A DNA stretch of 32,000 nt from NCBI GenBank assembly GCA_048938295.1, contig JBHLMI010000010.1:30001-62000 (forward strand), in the 5' to 3' direction. Both the position numbers and the translations under genes were made by a program. Below are positions 1 to 9,037 of the stretch, one piece after another. Each line of letters starts with the position of its first letter. Positions within the stretch are counted from its first letter, which is position 1. Source of the stretch: Promethearchaeota archaeon. Its GTDB lineage: Archaea; Asgardarchaeota; Hermodarchaeia; Hermodarchaeales; Hermodarchaeaceae. The notes beneath the pieces were generated by a model, which worked only from the letters and a program-made list of their open reading frames with translations, had not been told where the DNA came from and made no database searches.

Positions 1-405
1 TATGATACTAATCAGAATCCTTTCAAGATTGTCCCTTGGGATTCGCCTCATAGCGTCGCTGAAGGATTATGTGATCCTTTTCCCTGGGATGGTGATCTTG
101 CTCTTAAAGCAGTGCGAGATTCGAAAGGTTCTGCCATAGCGGTTGAAGATGACACGATTCTTCACGCACAAGAATTGCTCGCAAAGTATGAAGGGATTTT
201 TGCAGAGCCTTCTGGGGTTACTGGACTCGCAGGTCTACTTGTTCAACTTGAATCAGGTGTCCAGGATCCCTCAGAATGCATTCTAATTGAAGCAACCGGT
301 GGTGGATTAAAAGACCAAGATGTAGTCATTCAACGAATTGAAATACCACCAGTCATTGACCCGGATCTCAACGAGCTTCGTCGAGCGATGGGTCTTGAAG
401 TGTAG
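1..405 (+). CDS. Threonine synthase-like fold-type II PLP enzyme, 3' part (truncated by window edge)
   Basis: Frame is open from base 1 (YDTNQNPF...SVAEGL...ALKAVRDSKGSAIAVED...EGIFAEPSGVTGLAGL...TGGGLKD). This matches the ThrC C-terminal pattern (EGIFxEP, TGxGLK). Ends TAG at 403-405. Confidence 0.72.
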   Translation, partial: YDTNQNPFKIVPWDSPHSVAEGLCDPFPWDGDLALKAVRDSKGSAIAVEDDTILHAQELLAKYEGIFAEPSGVTGLAGLLVQLESGVQDPSECILIEATGGGLKDQDVVIQRIEIPPVIDPDLNELRRAMGLEV

Positions 406-476
406 AAAATGATGCAATAACGAAACACAGTTAAACGATTTTTGCCTGTGAAGCCTATTACAAGGAGCGAAATTGT

Positions 477-2303
477 GTGTGCGGCATATTCGCGATAACC
501 AGCAACAAACGCAACGATATCGGTGAAATCCTCGTTGAATGCGCCGAGAAACTCACTTATCGTGGTTATGACACTGTTGGCATCGCGACTGTAGCAAAGA
601 ATCGGATTCTCTTACGCAAAGACAAAGGCAAATTCGATGAAGTAGCAGAAAAGCTCCGGCTCAGTGAGATGCCAGGGTCAAAGGGAATCGCCCAACTCCG
701 ATGGGCAACCTTTGGTTCCCCCAGTAAACTGAACGCTCAGCCTCATTTGGACTGTGACGAGGATTTATGTGCTGCACACAATGGTAACATCCTAAACTTC
801 CTTCCCCTCCGAGAACAATACACCAAAGAAGGTCACATTGTTCGCAGCATGAACGATGGGGAGATTTGTGTACACGCTGTGGAACGATACTACGATCAGT
901 CAGGCGACCTGATTGATGCCATTCGAAAAGGTTGTAATGACCTAAAGGGTGATTACGCATTTGCGGTAATGCACCGGGATGACGATAAAGTCTATGCTGT
1001 GAAGATGGGATCGAGTCTTTTTGCTGGTATCGGTGATGGGGAAACCTGTGTAAGCAGTGATCTTCCAAGCATTTTGCCTATCACTCGCAAAATTGTGAAC
1101 ATCCATGACGGAGAGATGGTCGTCCTAGCCCCTGAAACCCTTGAAATTCGTAGTATCTCCGAAGGGACAATTATTGAAAGAAATCCATACACCTCTGATG
1201 CAGATATCCGTGTAGCTCAGAAGGGTGGTTATCCTCATTTCATGCTCAAGGAAATCCATGAACAAGTTAGTGCGACTCGGACTCTCTTCAGCGCCATCCG
1301 TGAACCCTACATCAGTCAATTCGTAGATACGCTCATCGAAGCAAGCCGCGTCTTTTTCATAGCTTGCGGTTCCAGCTACCATGCAGCAATTGTTGGAAGT
1401 TATTACTTCAATGATTTAACGAATATTGCCGTCATTCCAGTCATTGGAGGTCAATTCAATTCACTTTATGGCGAATCTATCGATCAAAAAGACGTTGTTG
1501 TCTGCGTCAGTCAAAGCGGGGAAACAAAGGATGTCATTGATGCAGTCCATCATTCACGGAAAAAGAACGCTAAAATCCTAAGCATAGTCAATGTGTTAGG
1601 GTCAACTCTAACTCATCTAAGTGATCTCTATCTGCCTTTAGGTTCAGGCTTTGAAATTAGCGTTCCTGCCACAAAAACCTACACCAGTCAAATCACCCTC
1701 TTTGACTTCTTAGCAATCCAAGCAGGACGCAAGAAAGGTGTGCTAAAAGAAAATCAAGCTGAATCCCTGTTAAATGCGTTGAAAACCCAACTTTCTCCTC
1801 TCATCGAAGAAACCATTTCAACAACGACTCTGAAGGCAAGATCGCTTGCTCCGTATCTGTCAAAGTTCTCCCACTTTTATGTGCTGGGACATGGCTTAAC
1901 ACATGGTGTGGCCTTAGAAGGTGCACTGAAAATCAAAGAGGTCTGCTACATCGTAGCAGATGGTATGTACTCCAGTGAATTCAAACACGGTCCGCTCAGC
2001 ATCGTCGAAGAAGGCTATCCCATCATTTTCACAATTGCGCCAGACGACGCCGAACATATAGTAAATCACTTAGCTGAAGTTGAATGTCGTGGCGCCCGAA
2101 TCATTGCCACCGGTGAAGACCATCCACTACTCCGGCGTTATGTAACTGAAGAAGATTTTCTAGCTGTTCCAAAATCAAGCCAAAACCTTAGTCCTATCCT
2201 TCAAGCCATCCCGCTTCAACTTCTAGCCTACCACCTAGCTACATACAAGAATATCGATCCTGATTACCCTCGGAATATTAGTAAAACCCTAACCGTACGA
2301 TGA
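477..2303 (+). CDS. glmS: Glutamine--fructose-6-phosphate aminotransferase (isomerizing)
   Basis: N-terminal MCGI (Ntn Cys1), YRGYD, RWAT, HNG, SQSGET, EGALKIKE, EFKHGP and C-tail PRNISKTLTV. GTG start with AGGAG RBS at 463-467. Confidence 0.93.
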   Translation: MCGIFAITSNKRNDIGEILVECAEKLTYRGYDTVGIATVAKNRILLRKDKGKFDEVAEKLRLSEMPGSKGIAQLRWATFGSPSKLNAQPHLDCDEDLCAAHNGNILNFLPLREQYTKEGHIVRSMNDGEICVHAVERYYDQSGDLIDAIRKGCNDLKGDYAFAVMHRDDDKVYAVKMGSSLFAGIGDGETCVSSDLPSILPITRKIVNIHDGEMVVLAPETLEIRSISEGTIIERNPYTSDADIRVAQKGGYPHFMLKEIHEQVSATRTLFSAIREPYISQFVDTLIEASRVFFIACGSSYHAAIVGSYYFNDLTNIAVIPVIGGQFNSLYGESIDQKDVVVCVSQSGETKDVIDAVHHSRKKNAKILSIVNVLGSTLTHLSDLYLPLGSGFEISVPATKTYTSQITLFDFLAIQAGRKKGVLKENQAESLLNALKTQLSPLIEETISTTTLKARSLAPYLSKFSHFYVLGHGLTHGVALEGALKIKEVCYIVADGMYSSEFKHGPLSIVEEGYPIIFTIAPDDAEHIVNHLAEVECRGARIIATGEDHPLLRRYVTEEDFLAVPKSSQNLSPILQAIPLQLLAYHLATYKNIDPDYPRNISKTLTVR

Positions 2304-2322
2304 TGAAGTAGACGCGATTTTT

Positions 2323-3093
2323 CTATCCTGTATACACATCTTGTAAATGCAAGAAATTCAGGGCATTGCTGGTTGTTGTAGCCGCTATCGTTTCAGGTGT
2401 TGTGCTCTTTATTTCCGCAATTTTAACAGCAGATTGGGGGAGATTTGCTGGCTCATTTGTTTGTTTCGGAACAGGAGACAAGTAGGGTGCATCAGTTTCT
2501 AGGAGCATATTTTCTAGCGGCATCTCTTTCGCAATATGTTGCATACGTTGGCGTGAAACAACGCTTGTGGGGACACTCATGAAGAATTTTGCTTCTACCG
2601 CCTGTCGAACATTTTGGGGATCATTAAAGCAATGTAACTGCACTTCAGACATCCGCTGCTCCAGTAAAATCTGTATCGCATCTTCCTCTGCCTCACGTGA
2701 GTGTACGACTAGCGGTAAACTAAGTTCTTCGGCGAGATGAATGAACTCCACAAACGCCGTCTTCTGATAATCCCGCTCTTTCGAGTCCTTCACCCAATAG
2801 TAATCTAATCCCACCTCTCCAATTGCTACTATCTCTCCAGCATAATCGCGGATGGTCTTGACTGTCCGGTTCACCATCTGTGGAGTCGCTCGTGGTGGAT
2901 GGAGACCAAAGGTGGGCCAAATGTATCCTGGAAATCGCTTTTTCAAATCCAATGCCTTTTGATAGAATTTTGGCTCAATAGCACTAACAACGACTCCAAT
3001 TACTCCTGCCTCCTTTGCCCGACGTACGATTTTGTCCGCTTTTTGGTAAAGTCGCGGCATCTCCAGGTGTGAATGGGTATCGAAAAGCTTCAC
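2323..3093 (-). CDS. tatD: TatD-family metal-dependent hydrolase/DNase
   Basis: DTHSHL, GLHP, AIGEVGLDY, VHSRE, HCF and LLETDAPYL motifs. Start moved to the GTG at 3093 (VKLFDTH); the ORF-track start at 3159 runs into the divergent promoter region. Confidence 0.9.
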   Translation of the reverse strand: MKLFDTHSHLEMPRLYQKADKIVRRAKEAGVIGVVVSAIEPKFYQKALDLKKRFPGYIWPTFGLHPPRATPQMVNRTVKTIRDYAGEIVAIGEVGLDYYWVKDSKERDYQKTAFVEFIHLAEELSLPLVVHSREAEEDAIQILLEQRMSEVQLHCFNDPQNVRQAVEAKFFMSVPTSVVSRQRMQHIAKEMPLENMLLETDAPYLSPVPKQTNEPANLPQSAVKIAEIKSTTPETIAATTTSNALNFLHLQDVYTG

Positions 3094-3185
3094 AATGGAA
3101 TCCCTTCTCGATAGCGTCTTCTCGAAAGCTTCAAAAGGTTTTGCCACCACCGCATCCACAGAAGTAGAACCCGAGGTTGTGGAAG

Positions 3186-4205
3186 ATGGATTTACGCGGC
3201 AGAGATATGATTACCATCCAAGAGTGGACGCGAGAAGAACTCGAAGCCGTTCTCGAATTTTCAAAAGAGCTGAAGAAGAAGACGAAGGCTGGAAAATCTC
3301 CTCACCTTTTGTCTGATAAGACCTTTTTTATGTTATTCTACAATACCAGCACGCGAACACGTGCGAGTTTTGAAGCCGCACTAACAGAACTTGGTGGGCA
3401 CGCTCAATTCCTTGAACCTGGTGCTATGCGTCTAGGTGAAGGTGAGAGTGTCAAAGACACTGCAAATACATTGGCTCGATACGGTCATGCCATCGGTATC
3501 CGTATCCTTGAAAAAGCAGTCGGCTATGTATATGGACGAGGAAACCAGGTATTACGTGAGTATGCCAAGTGGTCATCCATCCCTATCATCAATATGGCCG
3601 ATGACAAGTTTCATCCGTGCCAATCCCTTACTGACCTCATGACGGTACAGGAGAATTTTTCAAAAATTCAGGGCAAGAAATTCGTTTTCTCATGGGCATA
3701 TAGTCGCCATTCCCGTTCCTGGTGTAGTGTGCAGAGTGCAATACTGACCGCGACCCGGTTTGGAATGGATGTAACCCTTGCGCATCCTCCTGGCTTTGAA
3801 TTAGATCCCGAGGTTATGGACTGGTGCCATCAAAATGCCAATGAATCAAATGGTGGTTTTTCCATTACCAATGATATCAAGGAGGCCTATTCAGGGGCCC
3901 ATGTTGTCTATCCCCGATCATGGATGAGTGCCGAGTGCTCAGCGGTGGGCATTGATAAATGGGGTGAAGACCGCGAAGCCAAACTCCACGAGAAATATCG
4001 TGATTGGATCTGTAATTCTGAACTCATGGAACTGGCTAGCAAGGATGCAATCTATATGCATTGTCTCCCGGTCTTCCGAGGTGAAGAGGCGACAGATGAA
4101 GTCGTTGATAGCCCCCAAAGTGTCATCTTCGATCAAGCAGAGAACCGACTGCATCTACAGAAAGGACTGCTTTCACTCGTAATGAGTGATAAGAACCTGC
4201 TTTAA
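3186..4205 (+). CDS. Non-canonical transcarbamylase (AOTCase/YgeW-like clade), paralog 1
   Basis: Carbamoyl-phosphate motifs STRTR, HPCQ, HCLP and AENRLH. Acceptor region KKFVFSWAYS; no OTCase DxxxSMG. ATG 3186 with GAGGT RBS at 3173-3177. Confidence 0.9.
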   Translation: MDLRGRDMITIQEWTREELEAVLEFSKELKKKTKAGKSPHLLSDKTFFMLFYNTSTRTRASFEAALTELGGHAQFLEPGAMRLGEGESVKDTANTLARYGHAIGIRILEKAVGYVYGRGNQVLREYAKWSSIPIINMADDKFHPCQSLTDLMTVQENFSKIQGKKFVFSWAYSRHSRSWCSVQSAILTATRFGMDVTLAHPPGFELDPEVMDWCHQNANESNGGFSITNDIKEAYSGAHVVYPRSWMSAECSAVGIDKWGEDREAKLHEKYRDWICNSELMELASKDAIYMHCLPVFRGEEATDEVVDSPQSVIFDQAENRLHLQKGLLSLVMSDKNLL

Positions 4206-4214
4206 AAGCTTGAA

Positions 4215-5282
4215 TTATCGGGTTTTGGGTTCACCCATAATTGCCGCCATAATGGCCTTTTGCGCGTGAAGTCGATTTTCAGCTTCATCAAAGGCGATAC
4301 TCCAATTTCCATCGAGTACTTCATCAGCTACCTCGAATCCACGGTCGGCTGGTAAACAATGCATGTATTTGATATCCTTTGCACCAAGTTCCATCTTCTC
4401 AGGTGTAGTTATCCAATCTTTATTGGCGTCGAAAAGCTTCTGCGCCCCCTCCCAATCTTCTACAGGAGCTATAGGGGGAATATAATGCTTGCTTGTCCAG
4501 CATTTTGGATACACGTAATGTGCACCAGCAAAGGCTGCTTCCATGTCATTAGTGACCTCGAAGGAGCCGCCGTATTCTGCTACGTTCTTTTCACACATCT
4601 CAAGGATTTTGGGGTCGAGTTCGAAACCCTTCGGGTGTGCAAGGACAGTATCCATTCCCCATTTCGTTCCCATTAGAATTCCACTTTGGGGTACTGCAAG
4701 GGGTTTTTGCGTACTTGGGCTGTAAGCCCAACTCATAACGAACTTCTTGCCTTGAACTGTGCGTGAATGCTCTTGAATAGCCTGCATGTCGGCCATGGCT
4801 TGGCACGGATGGTAGACATCATCTTCCATGTTGATGATCGGAACCTCGGACCACTTGGCAAATTCTCGGAGGATGCGATGACCACGACCATAAATCCACT
4901 TTGCATGAGACCCGTATATGCGAATGGCGATCGCGTCACCCATACGGGCAAGCACTCGTGCCACATCCGAGATTCGCTCACTTGAATAGGCTTCTTCATC
5001 ATCTGGCAAAGCGGGACGATAGACATCCTGCGGTGAGAGGAAGTGGGCGTGGCCCCCCATTTGGGTCATACCCGCCTCAAAGGAGTTTCGCGTACGCAGG
5101 GATCGATTAAAGAATATCATGAACAGGGTTTGCCTGAGCAGATAGTCGTGTGGTTTTCGCGCTTTTTGAAGCTTTTTAATTTCAATTGCTGCGTCGATGA
5201 GCGTTTGCAGTTCTTCTTGGCTCCATTCTTGGATGGTCAACCAGTCACGACCATGATACTTTCCAACAATATCTGCACCCAT
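4215..5282 (-). CDS. Non-canonical transcarbamylase (YgeW/ArgF'-like), paralog 2
   Basis: SLRTR, HPCQ, HCLPAD and EAENRLH motifs. Loop SWAYSPSTQKPLAVPQS closely resembles E. coli YgeW TWAYSPSYGKPLSVPQG (recalled). GGTGA RBS. Confidence 0.9.
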   Translation of the reverse strand: MGADIVGKYHGRDWLTIQEWSQEELQTLIDAAIEIKKLQKARKPHDYLLRQTLFMIFFNRSLRTRNSFEAGMTQMGGHAHFLSPQDVYRPALPDDEEAYSSERISDVARVLARMGDAIAIRIYGSHAKWIYGRGHRILREFAKWSEVPIINMEDDVYHPCQAMADMQAIQEHSRTVQGKKFVMSWAYSPSTQKPLAVPQSGILMGTKWGMDTVLAHPKGFELDPKILEMCEKNVAEYGGSFEVTNDMEAAFAGAHYVYPKCWTSKHYIPPIAPVEDWEGAQKLFDANKDWITTPEKMELGAKDIKYMHCLPADRGFEVADEVLDGNWSIAFDEAENRLHAQKAIMAAIMGEPKTR

Positions 5283-5325
5283 TTCAGAGTCACCTTACTT
5301 AACTGCGAATAAAATCGAATGCCCT

Positions 5326-6717
5326 TTAATCTCTTTGCCATCGACTTTGAATCTGCACGCCTGCTCGTTCAAGCAGTTGTTGTCCTCGTTCTCTAGCATT
5401 TTCAATGACCTTCTCTTCATCCAAGGTCATGAGTTTCCCTTCATGCACCAAGATTTGCCCGTTCACAATAGTGGTATGAACATTGAAGCCATTGGCAGCA
5501 TAGATAATGTTACTGACAGGATTGTAGGTGGGTGCAAGGTTCAGTTGGGTGGTGTCAATAAGCACTAAATCTGCCTTCTTACCAACCTCGATGCTTCCAA
5601 TGTCCTTTTCTAGCCCAAGGGCTTTTGCGCCATTAATGGTCGCCATTTCCAGCACTGTTTCTGCAGGCATCGTCAAGGGTTTTAGGGTTCGGGCTTTGTG
5701 GATTATAGCTGCAAGAAACATTTCCCGAAACATATCATAGGCATTATTACTTGGTCCACCATCACAACCTAAACAGACGTTGATTCCCGCTTCTAGCATT
5801 TCAGGAATAAGGGCAATGCCCGACGCTAGCTTGGCATTACTTGCAGGACAATGGCACATATGAGTTCCCGTCTCAACGTAAATCGGAAACTCCTCCGGAG
5901 TAATCCATACCCCATGAACCAAAACAACATTCTTTCCCATCATCCCCACATCCCGCGCAAACTCAGCTGGGGATTGGTTGAATTGCGATTTAGTGTACTC
6001 AACGTCCTCTTTCACTTCACCAAGATGCATGGTAATACCCATGTGGCGTTGCCGGGCTAGCTCTGCAACTCGGCGATATAATTCAGGACTCACAGCACCG
6101 GGAGTCCGCGCTCCCCACCAAATGAAAACACGCCCATCAGCTGCTCCCTGCCATTTATTATGCATGGACAAGGTTTCTGCGATGCATTCCTCAGGATCTT
6201 CAATCATCCCTTCATACATTATGGCTTCTTCATCTGCGTAACCCGTCCAATCCATGAAGAGCTTTGACAAACACCCGCGAATTCCAGTTCGTTCGACGAC
6301 CTGAGCGATTCCGTTCATTCCGTACCGTTTATGGATCATGCTTTCAAGAAAACTCGTCGTGCCAGATTTGAGCATCTCAGCAATGCACAACTCGGCACTG
6401 ACTTTCCCATCTTCGGGTGTGAAGTTCCCTTGCAACACCCAAACATAGTCTCGAAGCCAGGGAATAAGATCAACATCGTCTGCAGTCCCACGAATCAGTG
6501 CCTGTGCCAGATGTACGTGACAGTCAATGAGGCCTGGAATGATAATTTTCGCTTTTCCTGAAATTCGTGTTTCAGCACTGTATTGCTGTTTGATTTCATG
6601 GGATTTTCCAACAGCAATGATACGCTGATCTTCTATAACTATGGCTCCATCAGTAAGAATCCGGCGTTGGGCGTCCATTGTGATAATGGTTGCTTCGTCA
6701 ATAATCAAATCCGCCAT
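5326..6717 (-). CDS. Amidohydrolase-superfamily deaminase (MtaD/DadD/AtzA-like), substrate uncertain
   Basis: PGLIDCHVH (HxH), HLGE (HxxE), VHGVW, HCPASNAKLASG, GCDG and GSIEVGKKADLV. ATG 6717 with GGTG RBS. Confidence 0.88.
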   Translation of the reverse strand: MADLIIDEATIITMDAQRRILTDGAIVIEDQRIIAVGKSHEIKQQYSAETRISGKAKIIIPGLIDCHVHLAQALIRGTADDVDLIPWLRDYVWVLQGNFTPEDGKVSAELCIAEMLKSGTTSFLESMIHKRYGMNGIAQVVERTGIRGCLSKLFMDWTGYADEEAIMYEGMIEDPEECIAETLSMHNKWQGAADGRVFIWWGARTPGAVSPELYRRVAELARQRHMGITMHLGEVKEDVEYTKSQFNQSPAEFARDVGMMGKNVVLVHGVWITPEEFPIYVETGTHMCHCPASNAKLASGIALIPEMLEAGINVCLGCDGGPSNNAYDMFREMFLAAIIHKARTLKPLTMPAETVLEMATINGAKALGLEKDIGSIEVGKKADLVLIDTTQLNLAPTYNPVSNIIYAANGFNVHTTIVNGQILVHEGKLMTLDEEKVIENARERGQQLLERAGVQIQSRWQRD

Positions 6718-6820
6718 CGGAATCAGCACCGCTTTAATCTTTGATTCTTCTTAAGGATTGGACTTTGCAGTTAATAAAGCCACCAGCAGGTTTTTGAATT
6801 TTGTAGAGAAAATTCGGGCT

Positions 6821-7108
6821 ATGCATGTTGTCGTACGGACAATTGGACCCTATACGGAACAATTCGGCTTTCAGCAACTTACCGTGCACTTCAAGGGACG
6901 GACCGTGCATGATCTTTTAAACCAGCTCTGCGAGGAACGGGGTACTAAATTCTGCAACACCGTCTTTACCGAAGAAGGCCAATTACGTCGCTATATCAAG
7001 GTTCTTATCAATGGTCGCGGGCTTCATGTTCTGGAGGGGCTAGATACACCACTGACAGATGGAGATGTTGTGGCCTTATTTCCACCTGTAGCAGGTGGCG
7101 CCTATTAA
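6821..7108 (+). CDS. MoaD/ThiS (SAMP-like) ubiquitin-fold sulfur carrier with C-terminal GG-AY extension
   Basis: VLINGR...L..LTDGDVVALFPPVAGG followed by AY-stop. Start set at ATG 6821. Confidence 0.85.
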   Translation: MHVVVRTIGPYTEQFGFQQLTVHFKGRTVHDLLNQLCEERGTKFCNTVFTEEGQLRRYIKVLINGRGLHVLEGLDTPLTDGDVVALFPPVAGGAY

Positions 7109-8436
7109 CTTTTGATACCAAGTTTTTCCCACAAGGTCGGCACGACGCCCTCAAGAGCCTTTTCAACAACTTCAGATTTTACCGACACAACCTGATGGTT
7201 TTCAACTACTTGCTTCCCGTTCACGAAAACATGCTCAACATTATTTGCAGTACAGCCATAGACGATATACCCGTATACTCCATCTGGCAAAATCGGGGTA
7301 ACCCGGGGATTGGGGTGTAGCATAACTAAATCCGCTAGTTTTCCAGGTTCAATGGATCCTAATCTGTCTCCAAGGCCATAGGCTTGGGCCCCATTGATAG
7401 TTGCCATCTCTATCACCTGTTGTGGAGTTGTAACACGTGTATCAAGGTGGTGTACTTTATGGATGAGATAGGCGGTGCGGATATTCTCGATGGTATCGAA
7501 GATGAACCCATCATTTCCTAGACACACTGGAATTCCCAGCTCGTACATCTCCTTCACGGGGCTGACTCCGACAGCATTGTTCATATTACTCATGGGATTA
7601 TGAGCGACCTTTGCCCCGCTAGCCTTGATTAGCTTCAATTCATCTTGGTTCACGTGTACGCAATGAGCAAGAACCACGTCGGGTCCGAGTACTCCTAGAT
7701 CGAAGAGCCGTTCGACGGTTCGTTTATCATACCGTTCGATATTGTGGTAGACGTCAATGAGCCCTTCACTTGTATGTATGGTAAGAGGTGCAGAGAGTCT
7801 GTCGGCTTGTTCTCGTGTTTTCTGTATTAACTCGTCACTAAGGGTAAAGGACGCGTGTAAACTGTACATTCCCCAAAGTAGGTCATTTGGAGTTTTTTGG
7901 AGTTTTTTGAGAAAGCGAATATTTTCCTTAAGTCCTCGTTCTCCTTCTTCTTTCGAGTTGCGTTCGGTTGCTTCAAATGCTAGAATTCCTCGCATTCCCG
8001 CTTGGGTGACGCCTTTGGCTATCGTATCTAGTACATTTTCAATGGAACCAGGCCCAGAATATGTGTCGGCAAAACAGGTCGTTCCGCCGCGAATAAACTC
8101 GTAACAGGACGCAAGGGCACTTGCGTAGGCGTCCTCATTGACGAATGCCGAATCCACCTTCCACCAAATTCGATCGAGAATCTGAAGAAAATCAGTTGTC
8201 GGTTTAATATCCAGTGGGGCGCCACGGAGCATGATACCGTATAAGTGGGTATGCCCACAAATGAATCCAGGCAGGACCATCCGACCTGTTCCATCAACCA
8301 CAAGGTCAGCTGATTCTTTAATTCTAGTATCAATTGCGGCAATCTTCGAACCATCGATAAGAAGATCTGAGTTCTTCAGAACTCGGCGTTGGGCGTCCAT
8401 TGTGACAATCATTGCGTTTTTAATTAATACACGCAT
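7105..8436 (-). CDS. ssnA: SsnA-family amidohydrolase
   Basis: PGFICGHTHLY, IWWKVDSA, AFEATERN, ENIRF, HASFTLSD, HTSE and SNMNNAVG match recalled E. coli SsnA motifs (LWWRLDRA, CFETTDRN, ENIRF, HAPFTVPD, SNMNNHVG). ATG 8436 with GGTG RBS; the stop overlaps the moaD stop (TTAA 7105-7108). Confidence 0.82.
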   Translation of the reverse strand: MRVLIKNAMIVTMDAQRRVLKNSDLLIDGSKIAAIDTRIKESADLVVDGTGRMVLPGFICGHTHLYGIMLRGAPLDIKPTTDFLQILDRIWWKVDSAFVNEDAYASALASCYEFIRGGTTCFADTYSGPGSIENVLDTIAKGVTQAGMRGILAFEATERNSKEEGERGLKENIRFLKKLQKTPNDLLWGMYSLHASFTLSDELIQKTREQADRLSAPLTIHTSEGLIDVYHNIERYDKRTVERLFDLGVLGPDVVLAHCVHVNQDELKLIKASGAKVAHNPMSNMNNAVGVSPVKEMYELGIPVCLGNDGFIFDTIENIRTAYLIHKVHHLDTRVTTPQQVIEMATINGAQAYGLGDRLGSIEPGKLADLVMLHPNPRVTPILPDGVYGYIVYGCTANNVEHVFVNGKQVVENHQVVSVKSEVVEKALEGVVPTLWEKLGIKS

Positions 8437-8483
8437 CAGAAATCGCACCACGCATGTTATTGTAGATGAATATGATAATCGAG

Positions 8484-8496
8484 TAATCCTTTAAGG
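8484..8496. promoter_or_regulatory. Candidate BRE/TATA core between divergent ssnA and Fe-S/AOR operon (near-palindromic CCTTTAAGG)
   Basis: AATCCTTTAAGG lies 35 nt before ATG 8531 and about 52 nt from the opposite-strand ATG 8436. Confidence 0.45.
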
Positions 8497-8530
8497 CTTC
8501 GATACACCTTTTTCCTGAGCGTGTATTCTC

Positions 8531-9037
8531 ATGGACAAATCAGCTCATAAGGTTCTCGTCGTTGACCCGGAAAAGTGTACAGGCTGTGGAATCTGTACCC
8601 TCGTTTGTTCTTTTCGTCATAACCAGGAATATAATCCCTCCAGGGCGCTTCTAACAGTTATCCGTAATGAAAAAAGCGGAATCAACATCCCAGTTATCTG
8701 TCAGCATTGCGAGACTCCCTTATGTATGGAAAGTTGCCCTGCTGATGCCATCTATCGCGACGCTGAAACCAATGCGGTTTGTATCAACCAAGAAAATTGT
8801 ATTGGTTGCCACCAATGCCTAATTGCCTGTCCGTTTGGTGGGATTCATATTGACGTATCTGATGGTCGCACCGTCAAATGTGATTTGTGTGAAGGGTATG
8901 CGATGTGTGCACAATTTTGCCCCAGAGAGGCTTTGTTGTATTTGGAACCGAGTGAATTGACTGATCGGCTTCGGCAAAAGGGTGTCAAGAAAGCCGCTGA
9001 ATATCTCCAGATTATAACAGGAGGCGCGAAAAAATGA
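8531..9037 (+). CDS. 4x[4Fe-4S] electron-transfer subunit (AOR partner, DmsB/HycB-like)
   Basis: Four Cys clusters (CTGCGICTLVC; CQHCETPLCMESC; CIGCHQCLIAC; CDLC...CAQFC). ATGA overlap with the AOR gene. Confidence 0.92.
   Translation: MDKSAHKVLVVDPEKCTGCGICTLVCSFRHNQEYNPSRALLTVIRNEKSGINIPVICQHCETPLCMESCPADAIYRDAETNAVCINQENCIGCHQCLIACPFGGIHIDVSDGRTVKCDLCEGYAMCAQFCPREALLYLEPSELTDRLRQKGVKKAAEYLQIITGGAKK

Noticed and set aside
1-405. ThrC-like PLP enzyme as the missing diaminopropionate ammonia-lyase of the purine cluster
   Set aside because: Same fold type, but the visible C-terminus fits threonine synthase, only a fragment is present, and it is separated from the cluster by glmS and tatD.
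661-1068. Antisense and off-frame ORFs in the track (e.g. 661-1068, 9379-9960, 12935-13423, 21042-21395, 29529-29936)
   Set aside because: Fully nested in well-supported genes, with no recognisable motifs or RBS; shadow ORFs.
2301-2306. Tandem TGA TGA after glmS as possible selenocysteine readthrough
   Set aside because: The protein is complete at the conserved C-tail, the double stop is followed by the convergent tatD, and no SECIS is evident.
3186-5282. Annotation as ordinary ornithine carbamoyltransferase (argF)
   Set aside because: Both proteins lack the OTCase DxxxSMG and GDxxNN ornithine-binding motifs and carry SWAYS loops.
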